From: an uncultured virus (IMG/VR IMGVR_UViG_3300035126_001036)
Taxonomy: Duplodnaviria > Heunggongvirae > Uroviricota > Caudoviricetes
Direction: 5' to 3' (one strand)
Virus record (IMG/VR): IMGVR_UViG_3300035126_001036
Span: 1 to 64,000 of that record
Length of the DNA: 64,000 nt
Of this stretch, positions 55,106 to 64,000 are shown in pieces; positions within the stretch are counted from its first letter, which is position 1; each line of letters starts with the position of its first letter. Position numbers and translations under genes: made by a program. The notes beneath the pieces were generated by a model. It saw only the letters and a list, made by a program, of their open reading frames with translations. It was not told the origin of the DNA and ran no database searches.

Positions 55106-58100
55106 ATGGAAATCACTTATCGCGGAATCCCCAAGAAAGAACGCATCTGGCGTGGTCGATGTAGGGAATGTGGCTCTACTGCCACTGCAAGGCAATCAGA
55201 ACTGACTCACATTTCAACAGATCTACTAGAGGGAGAATTTTCATGGATGACGTGTCCTGTTTGCAATGCCGGATCTGATTCTGATGGTCACGGGGGAATG
55301 CTTTTTTATCCACGAACTGAAGTCAATTGGAGACAAGATTGAAAAGGATGGGCAGTTAACCTACTGTCCACCACACCACCATAAGTCACCCATTTCAATG
55401 TACAACATCAACCCAAACCAACGCTACATTGTATATGCTCAGCGAGCAATTATCTATTTTATTCTTGCTCTTATTCTAAACAGCCTTGCAATCTACCCAT
55501 TTCTTTTGGGAGCTTGTATCGGCTCGGCTTTTGCAATACTGTTCTTTCTATTATCACTCTAATTCAAGACTAATGTTTACTTTTGGATTGGTCAAAAAAT
55601 TACCTTTATTCCCTTGTGACACTTCAAGAACCTGCACAGCCTCCTTTGTAAAACTGCACATTTAGACGTATGATGACTGCTCCACCCAAACCCAATACAA
55701 AAACTAATAATGTACTTCTCAGAATACGGCGTTTCTCTTGAGGCGGGAGAACTTCGGGACATTCTCACGGGCAAGACAGGATTTCGTAGGTGCCCTGATT
55801 GTGAAGGTCACGGAGAGAGTTGGATACTTCATTATGTTGATGTTAATGACCCTGACCAAAATAATGAACAATACAAAATTGTAAGTGCTCAATTTGCTGC
55901 CGATTTTGATGAGGATAATATCCCTTCAGAATACTCTTGGGCAGAGTGTGATTTGGAGGATTGTGAAACTTGTTATAGTGTCGGGTATATCCCTATTGAA
56001 GGTTATTGAGGTTGACACTTTATAAACTGGCACAATGACCCTACCCCCAGGGTCCTTTTCTTTTAAAATTACTCCATAACCAAACGGTAATTCATCATGA
56101 AATTTGAGCATCATTCTTCAACTAGCGATGTTGTCTATTTGTTCCTAGAGAATGACGAAATGCACGAGTTTCGCAATGATATGTTTGAGTCAGTATGCAA
56201 TAGTCATGCACCGGCTCCTGTTCTTTATACCTTTATCACTGATAATTGGATTGTTGGAAAATCTTTTGAGATTCGTAGTTGCTCTGTCAATTATCTGGTG
56301 GAACTCTTGAATTACTTACAGAATGGTCCTTTAAAATATACATTGACTTCTACAACCCAAGTTCTTATTGAGTTTACCAAACATGCTCAAAAAAGAATTG
56401 CCAATATTAAATTTTTTGAAGAAGTAATGGAGACGATTTAAATATTATGGACCCTAACAGAAACAAACTAGAAACGATTCTTAAACTCCCTACTAAAAGA
56501 CTACTTAATGTTTATAGGAAAGAAAGGTTGTTTAGGCCAATGCCGGAACATTGGGTGGCTTCAGTGTGGGATTGTGGATGTCCTTCTTGCACTAGAGCAA
56601 GAAATACTCAAGATGAACGACTTAAAATAATAAAAGAAGAACTTGACAAACGTGAACATTTATCAAAGTGACCAAAAATGAACGACCTAATTGAAGCACT
56701 CCAAATCTTTTCCAAATATGGAAATTTTGAACCCCCATTGTTCCATTGTGAAAACAATTCTTTGACTGTTAATCCTGCAATTTCACCTTTTTATGTATCC
56801 TCTGAGGATAAGAAGAGGTTGGAAGAATTGGGATTCTTTGTTAGTACTGATTATGGATACGATATCTTTAAATCTCATCGTTTCATCGTTTCGTGATCTG
56901 TTGATTATTATGAAAACACTTTTAAATATTGGCGAATGTATAATTTTAAGTATTGTACTTTCCATACCAACATTTTTGGCTGTTTATCTTGTATCTAAAA
57001 TTCCAAAGATGCCAAAAGAACCACCACAAAAGTTTGGAGAAGTGGACACCTATAAAAATTGTAAGGTAGTCCGCTATATCCCACCCAATTCGGCTCGTTA
57101 TTATTACTTTTTGGATTGTTCCAATGAAACCAATTAAAATAACCGCAGAGTTCACAATTACTCTTGAGGATTATGAGAGGGATTATAGGAGAATGACTCA
57201 GGACTGGAATGAAAGAAATATTAGAAATTACCGAGGACGAGAGGAAGATATTGAGGTTCCACCAGTGTATCTGAAAGAGTTTCACGATTTTGTTGGTAGA
57301 GTTCTTTATTGGAAATTTGGAATTCACACTTCTTATCGAGCAATAAAGAACCAGACAAAAGAATTCTCAAAAGGAACGACTATTTCTAATATAAAGATTA
57401 CTGCGATGGAGTAGACACCTGAGTAACTGGCACAAGGACCCTACCACCTCCCATCAATATCCCCTATAATACACTCAGTTCAACCAACTCATTTTAAATT
57501 ATGTTGACTCCAATTGATTTCAAGAACAACTATTTTGCTCTGCTTGCTGAGTCTGAACAAATTACTGGTGTAAGGCCAGTTAGTTTTATGTTTGGGCGGA
57601 ATGATTCTATTTTCAATAGTGGAAGTTCCATCACGACCGAGCAATGGAGTAATCTTGTAAAGGTTGCCTCTATTATTAAATCAAATCAAAATAGATTTTA
57701 TATGAAGGCCTTCCACACAAAAACTAGTTGTGGGACTGCTCACTGTATCTCCGGATATGCACACGCCCTCTATATGAATGATATTGATTATTATGATGAT
57801 AAACCCTCCGATATTCTAGAAATTTCTACGAATATGCTTTCCCATTATGCCCAGCCATTTTTCTGGATTATGCATTCTAACCTCAATCTAAAAACAGAGT
57901 CATATAAAGGACTCCCAGAACAACTAGTTATGAAGTGGTTCATTGACCCAATTCTTGAGGAGGCCCGCAAAGAATCTCACGATTTGTCTGGTGAAATTAC
58001 TCAGTTTGTTCAAAAGTCTCAACAAGAACAAATGGCTACTTGTGGTGTATAAGTAGCCACCTTTTTAACTGTCACAAGGGCTCCTCACCGGGAGTCCTTT

Positions 58101-59196
58101 TTGCTTTATGATGCACACAGTTCAACCAACTCACTCAAATGGCACTTAAAGGAACTCTTCAATTTGAAGATTTGGATAACGGTAGTATTACTATTGATTT
58201 TTATAGAGGGAATATAGAAATTATTCAAGATAGTTGGAATGATGGTAGAAGTGAGTTTCTTTCTAATAAGATTCGCATTTCACCGAGCAATCTTGAAGGA
58301 ATTATTTCTGGACTCCAAATTATTTTAGAATCATTTGATTAACTAATCTTGCCAAAAGAAACCACAATGCAAAACATCACTAGCACCGCCCAAGTCATTT
58401 ACAATCAAACCATCAAAGAAATCGAGGATAATTACAATAATTTTCTGGCCCGACTTAATGAGTACAAGTATGGCTCAAATCCATACTATAAAGATACTAT
58501 TGACGATGTTCTGCTTTTTGTAGAAAAGTATTTTGAATGGTATGGTTCACCACATAAAAGGCAATGGTTACATCAGATGTTTGATGAAATGATTTGGCAA
58601 GAAGCCGATATTTTCGGACCACTACTCCATTTTATTTCTTATAACATTTATGATGATGGTTCTTGGAATGTAAAGTGGTTCAAGGATGTTTATGAGACTA
58701 AAAAGAAGGTGATTGGTGGAGTTGAAGTAGATTGGCCAACTTTTGAGAATATTGGCCGAGAAGAAACAACCGAGGATGATTGGGAGAATGGTTATCCGGT
58801 TGTTGTTAGCGAGGACGTCACTCAGGACCCAAAGATTCTTCTTCGGGCGATGTTTAAATATGAGGAGAATAAGAAAAAAGAGGCCGAGTATTATGAAAAC
58901 TTACATCGGAAGAATGAAGAATGGACGAAAGTAAACTCAGAGAAAAAATAAGAAAACAAACCGAACTTCTTAAGGAAGAAACCGAACTTCTTAGGAAGCA
59001 AAACGAAAGGATAAAACAAATGATTACAAAGGTTAAATGTGAAACTTGTAGTGGAACAGGAACCGTAAAAGTTCTCATGAATCCAGATGGGTATTATGTT
59101 TATGCAGAGGAACCAATTATAGAAACTTTAGGATGCGAAGATTGTGGCGGAACTGGTTATGAACATAAAGACCCACCTAAAACAACGTCATCTTGA
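55106..59196 (+). CDS. array of hypothetical ORFs (55106-55342, 55710-56009, 56097-56441, 56447-56671, 56678-56896, 57124-57414, 57501-58052, 58139-58342, ~58367-58951, 58921-59196)
   Basis: Mostly one or two genes per palindromic-box promoter; several CxxC zinc-finger-like ORFs. Confidence 0.6.
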
Positions 59197-59694
59197 CTTA
59201 GAACTTCACAGACCAATTCTTGATGAAGAATTAAACATCGCCACTTTTCTTCTTTATAATCTCTCGGGTCAATTGGTGGGCTACCAACAATATCAACCAG
59301 AGGGATGTAAAAAGTTTTTAATTGCCCGAAAAAAGGAAAATATTATACCTACAGAAATAAAAACCAACCAACCATTGCAATCTGGGGACTTGAAAGTTAT
59401 TATGTTTCTGATGGTCCTATCTTTCTGACCGAAGGTATCTTTGATGCCTGTCGGATAACCGAATTAAAACAATCGGCCTTTGCTACTCTTGCTAATAATC
59501 CACCAAAAGATTATAAAAACTGGCTAGAAATGCTAAATCGCCCAATCATTGTTGTTTGTGATAATGATGAGGCCGGTAGAAAACTGGCCAAATTTGGCGA
59601 TTATGTTGAGGTAGTGCCTGATGATAAGGACCTTGGAGAAGCACCGGATGATTATGTTCAGTTTCTTGTAAATAACTATTGTGCCGGTTTTTGA
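59159..59694 (+). pseudogene. TOPRIM/primase-like protein with a -1 frameshift
   Basis: N-part LYNLSGQLVGYQQYQP; C-part in the -1 frame: WGLE...FLTEGIFDA...VCDNDEAG...KDLGE. Shift at about 59308-59320 (TAAAAAGTTTTT). Confidence 0.7.
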
Positions 59695-59761
59695 ACTGTC
59701 TACATCGGTCTCCATTTGCGTCCAATATCCCGTATAATACACTCAGTTAACCCCCAAAAAC

Positions 59762-60178
59762 ATGATTATTTGGCAGACCTATCGAAATGCTGATATGATA
59801 GAGGGCCGGGGACCAAGCATTCCCGACCTTAGAATTTTCTGGCGCATTCTCTCTGAAGATGATATGGAGATCACTATTGATCATATTAAACCCAAATCAT
59901 TAGGTGGTAAGGACACATTGGAAAACTATCAGACAATGTGTTTAGAGTGTAATGTTAACAAAGGAAACACTCTTGGCCTAGTTCGTTTTACTGATTATAA
60001 AGGAAATATCTCTGGAAAAGAACTTTGGTTAAAGTGTAAAAAGTGGATATATAAGGGCATTATTGACCGAATTGATGTCAATCCTTATACAGGAAATCCT
60101 GAAATTTTTATCATCAGTGAACGTGGTTCATGCTACAAAATAAACAACAATGCCTTTATCAATCTTAAAAATGACTGA
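59762..60178 (+). CDS. HNH endonuclease (possibly chimeric N-terminus)
   Basis: ITIDHIKPKSLGGKDTLENYQTMCLECNVNKG. Confidence 0.75.
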   Translation: MIIWQTYRNADMIEGRGPSIPDLRIFWRILSEDDMEITIDHIKPKSLGGKDTLENYQTMCLECNVNKGNTLGLVRFTDYKGNISGKELWLKCKKWIYKGIIDRIDVNPYTGNPEIFIISERGSCYKINNNAFINLKND

Positions 60179-60729
60179 ATTTAACCACTATTTAAGGGAT
60201 GTAGTAAACGAGTACGATGCGTGGTATCCTCAATTGAGATGGGGGCAGATTTATCTTTATGTTCTTTCTAAAAAACAGCCAAATCTGGTTTGTTTTATTG
60301 TGGAAAACAGAAAACTAGATCCTTTTTATAATGATAAAAAAATTGAAGAATTTCTTATTTTTGTCAGAGAAAACTGGGGTAATTATGACTAAGTTTAAAA
60401 TAGCCAGAACTTTAAAAAATATAAAGAATGATCCGAGGGTGGATTTCATTTCAGATGAAAGAAGTGGTTGGAACAATGATGGCATTTGGATTTACCTAAA
60501 ATCTCCTTATTGGAATTCTTTTTCCGAAACATCTGCTGTTCATGAATTCTCTGTTGCAGAATGTTTGGAAGTTTTCAATAATTATGTGGAAGAGAATCCT
60601 GATTATTGGAAGACGATGTGACACTCCTCAAACTGGCCCAAGGGCGCCAAAAAGCCCTCCAGCCCCTGTTATCTTATAAAGGTCGGTGAGGGGGGAAGCC
60701 CTGAATTCACCAACAAACTTTTATTCATT

Positions 60730-61008
60730 ATGAACCGCGCAGAAACTATCCGTGAATTTCTTAAGGAATCTGGTTCCACTATCATCTCTGTAGAATTTGT
60801 AAAAAAGAACGGCGAATCCCGCAAGATCCAATTTAACCCGCGTGATCGCCAAGAAATTGTAGGAACCGGCACTAATTCCACCAACCCTGACATTATTCGC
60901 GTGAGGGATTTTAAGATTGCAAAAGATCAAGGTGAAAAAGCCTGGCGGTCTTTTGATGTCAATCGTGTAATTTCTATCACCTCAAACGGAAACACCTTTA
61001 ACTTCTGA
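60730..61008 (+). CDS. SH3/WYL-like small protein
   Basis: VEFVKKNGESR...D......AWRSF pattern. Confidence 0.6.
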   Translation: MNRAETIREFLKESGSTIISVEFVKKNGESRKIQFNPRDRQEIVGTGTNSTNPDIIRVRDFKIAKDQGEKAWRSFDVNRVISITSNGNTFNF

Positions 61009-61377
61009 TCATAAATCAACAGATTAATGCTAAAACTCTCTTACAGCAGAAAAAATGACCCATTTAAATATGTGACTGTTCTTGGAGACCCATTAGGTAT
61101 TTCTGATCTTTATTGGCAGTTGACTCATAACTATCGGTCACAAGATGGGGCAGAAATAGAAGAAATTAAGATCACAAATCTTGATGGTGTAGAATTGGAT
61201 ATTAAAGAGTTTTTACGAAATCCATTTGGCCAAATTACACCGCTTTCTTCTTTTTCAGATTAATGCTTTACATTAAAATCGCAATCATTGTTTCTCTTGA
61301 TCTTATTGGAATTATGGGTGATTGAGATATTCCAGCCCATGAATGTAAAGGGCCAATTAATTCTTGTTTGAAATTCT

Positions 61378-61402
61378 GAGGCCCCATAGGGCCTCTTTTT
61401 TT
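61378..61402 (+). terminator. intrinsic terminator
   Basis: GAGGCCC-CATA-GGGCCTC followed by a T run. Confidence 0.8.
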
Positions 61403-61432
61403 GTCTAAATAGTAGAAAATACTTACAATCTA

Positions 61433-62127
61433 ATGGAAGAAGTTATTCTATTTTTGATGCAAGAAGGTTTCGCATCTGATGTAAAAAGCGCAATTCATAT
61501 TTATGAGGCAATGAGTGACGAATGGTTAGACACAATCGACGAAAAACTTTCCTATACACAGGGCCAACCATTACCCAAAAAAGATCAAGAAGCACTTAAA
61601 ACAATTCAACAGAGATTATATGGCCCAGGCGGTCCTTATGAAGGTAAACGTGGAATTACTCCCACTGGAAATAGACAATCCACCCCTAGAGTAACTTTAG
61701 GTGATAATTCCAAACCAACCACAAAAAGAAAAGTAACCAGACAGACATTTGAAGTAAAATGACCCAAAGATCCCAAGAAATAATTAGAACAATCAAAAAA
61801 GCCGGATCCGAGGCCGGTGACCGCACCCTAGACCTTAACCGCAAGGAAGTTGAGGACCTGAGGCAAAATACAAAGAAGACCTACAAACAATTTCTTGAGG
61901 CCGTAACTCCAAAACTTGGAATGAGCAAGTCTTATGGTGATTCAGACTATCAAGAAAGGTTACAAAAACAAAGAAAGAAAGAACAAGAAAAAAAAGAAGC
62001 CGGGAGACAAAAAACATCAGACGAACTGTATAAAGAAAGAACCAGAGGGAGAGGAATCAGAGCAACCAATAAAGAAGGCCAAAAAGGATGGATTAAAAAT
62101 GGTAAATTTACAGTAGGCGATTGGTAA
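61433..62127 (+). CDS. two late-promoter ORFs (61433-61762, 61759-62127), candidate internal head proteins
   Basis: CTAAATA at 61405; EGFA...AMSDEW and KTYKQFLE motifs; charged, low-structure sequence. Confidence 0.5.
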
Positions 62128-62447
62128 ACTGTCCACTAATGTCCTTCAACGGGGCATTTTTTGTTTATAATCGTTGAAATTCATCACAAAACAATGGATA
62201 AAAAAGAAATTAAGGCCGCGATTAAGGAAATTGAGCAAGAACAACTCTCTAGAGAATTGAGGCAAAGTTTTATTGAAAAGGGCGTTTATGGGTGGTATCG
62301 AGATCCTGAAACTCCTGATTGTAAAATCACAAAAAAGGGGTGGATGAAAAGGGGAATTATCACCTGGGTCGATTGAGGAACTGTCCACCACTAATCACCC
62401 AACCCATCACTGTCGTTTAAACTGATTCCAGTTAAACAATTTTCGTC

Positions 62448-62756
62448 ATGGCCACTCAGGAACAGAAAACTATTTGGCTCATTGGAGCCGTGGAAAAACT
62501 GGGCAATTTGGGTTTTATGAATAGTCTTTCTCATAGGCTAGATGAGTATGGTATTTCTATATTTTGGGAAGTTGATGAAATCAGGGATATTTTGTTTGAA
62601 GATAATAATGAACTAAAAATGTACATTTATGGGTGGTTTCATGAGGATCTTGATGATGAAGATCTAGATGATCTTTATGATATTGTTTTAACTTTTAAAA
62701 ATAATAGAAATAAAGTATTTACATACGGAATGAATAACTTTCTTCTTGTTAAATAG
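62448..62756 (+). CDS. hypothetical acidic protein
   Basis: Follows the palindromic box at 62365. Confidence 0.65.
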   Translation: MATQEQKTIWLIGAVEKLGNLGFMNSLSHRLDEYGISIFWEVDEIRDILFEDNNELKMYIYGWFHEDLDDEDLDDLYDIVLTFKNNRNKVFTYGMNNFLLVK

Positions 62757-62909
62757 TTAAAAAGTCATGAACACTCCCAATTGGCAACACAACTCCGAGA
62801 AGAAAAAGAAAACTCGGGGAATTTCTAAAGGAAAAATTAAATCTAGGAAACAGGTTCTTAAGTGTCTTAAGAAGAAGTACAATATAAATAATTAAAATAT
62901 TTAAATTAG

Positions 62910-63422
62910 ATGAAGACCTATAAGCAGTTCATGATTGAATGTGATGAGATAAACGAATCATCACTTTCTAGAATAATGAGAAAATCCCAAAAAGGTGGGA
63001 TGGCCATTATGTCTGCTGAAAGAGGAGATAAGTCTAAAGAAGAAAATAAAGAAAGATCAAGTCAACTTAAAAGAGATATAAAAGGCGCCGGTCTTCCTGG
63101 TCCGACCGCAGTTTCTGGTCGTTATGTAGAAAATCCAGGTACACCACAAGAAAAAAGAGTCTCAGAAAGAAGTTTTGTTGTAAGTCCAGGTAAACAAGGT
63201 AAAAGAAAGTTTAAAAAAACTCTTAAAAAATTAGGAAAGAAGTATAATCAAGATTCTGTTCTAATCCAACGTAAGCCTAGTGGAAGTGCTACTCTTACTG
63301 GAACTTCTAAAACTTCCTGGCCTGGTGAAAACAAAAACGTAAATGTCGGAAAAATGAGGCCAGGAAGAACCGGGGAATTTGATACCAAAATTAAGAACAA
63401 AACTTTTACTATAGAGCCATAA
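62910..63422 (+). CDS. late basic protein, candidate internal virion protein
   Basis: TATAAATA at 62883-62890; MKTYKQF...INE|SSLSR possible prohead-protease-type site; SAER...E.SF...KYNQDSVL. Confidence 0.55.
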   Translation: MKTYKQFMIECDEINESSLSRIMRKSQKGGMAIMSAERGDKSKEENKERSSQLKRDIKGAGLPGPTAVSGRYVENPGTPQEKRVSERSFVVSPGKQGKRKFKKTLKKLGKKYNQDSVLIQRKPSGSATLTGTSKTSWPGENKNVNVGKMRPGRTGEFDTKIKNKTFTIEP

Positions 63423-63423
63423 A

Positions 63424-63481
63424 GTAGACAGTTTTTTAAGTGTCTACTAAAAAGTCGGTGCTATTAATTTTCTGTTAAATT
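63424..63481 (+). promoter_or_regulatory. palindromic-box promoter
   Basis: GTAGACA-GTTTTTTAAG-TGTCTAC perfect arms; TAAATT 28 nt later. Confidence 0.7.
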
Positions 63482-64000
63482 GTATTCGTTAAACGCATTT
63501 CAAACATGAAACTCAAATTTGAACATTTTGTTGATCATGATTCAAAAAAGGTCTGGTTTAAGTGTTCTAGTTCCGTAACCGCAACGGCCATTCCAGAAAT
63601 TACTAAAAAGTATTTTCCTGGTTATACTGGACACATTGCAAGTGACGATTATTTTAATGAACTACCGCGAAGCTAAAGACATCGCGGTTTCCTGCTTTAA
63701 ACTTATGAAAAATACTCACTACTTTGAAGTCACTGCTCTTATCAATCAAAAGATTGAACGAGCAGTTATTGAGGGATTTAATTCTCGGGATGTTAAGTTT
63801 CAGGTAGAGCAGAATTGGAGAGAAAATCAAATGTATGACCATAAAGTTATTAAAATTACTCCTTCTACCGTAAGTGATTATGAGGCTTATTGGAATTCTA
63901 TACACAATAGCCGATGTGACACCTGATTAACTGGCACAAGCACCCGACCAGACCGGCCAATTCTCTTTTATACTGTCTTTAGTTCAACCAGATTATTATG

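Noticed and set aside
5697..63938. Boxes as CRP, NtcA or integron attC sites
   Set aside because: Arm spacing does not match CRP (TGTGA-N6-TCACA) or NtcA (GTA-N8-TAC); no attC-type GTTRRRY ends or integrase seen; the fixed distance to -10 favours a promoter.
1..64000. DGR reverse transcriptase, Avd or template repeat
   Set aside because: No ORF with RT motifs and no third A-rich copy of the variable region found by eye; the DGR call stays provisional.

Overview
64-kb segment of a large, AT-rich T4-like phage, most likely a freshwater cyanomyovirus. The assignment rests on T4-type late promoters (TATAAATA/CTAAATA), a gp17-like ATPase and a cyanophage-style collagen/tail protein; the host is inferred, not shown. 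Nearly all genes are on the + strand. 1-2.65 kb is the end of a collagen-repeat tail protein fused to a GC-rich imported cassette carrying a 7x47-aa beta-propeller. 2.7-5.6 kb holds glycan-modification genes. 5.8-10.6 kb holds an SF2 helicase and an RNA-repair set (RNA ligase, Pnk-type kinase, phosphoesterase) plus an HNH nuclease. The rest is a large array of small early-type ORFs containing an ATP-dependent DNA ligase, DEDDh exonuclease, PcfJ-like protein, TOPRIM protein, GIY-YIG-like endonuclease, ATPase-only terminase paralog and tRNA-Leu(CAA). It also carries an IS607 element with a Fanzor-like (rearranged RuvC) TnpB and a solo IS200/605-type TnpB. Main findings: (1) two paralogous small CLec/DUF1566-like genes 37 kb apart whose C-terminal 99 nt differ in a DGR-like way, with no RT or template repeat seen in this window; (2) about 39 copies of a palindromic 24-bp box sitting 28-30 nt upstream of a -10 hexamer, dividing the region into promoter-bounded cassettes; (3) the pro-Fanzor-like IS607, whose removal restores an interrupted phage ORF; (4) hypervariable codons in the tandem propeller blades. 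All alignments and counts were done by eye.
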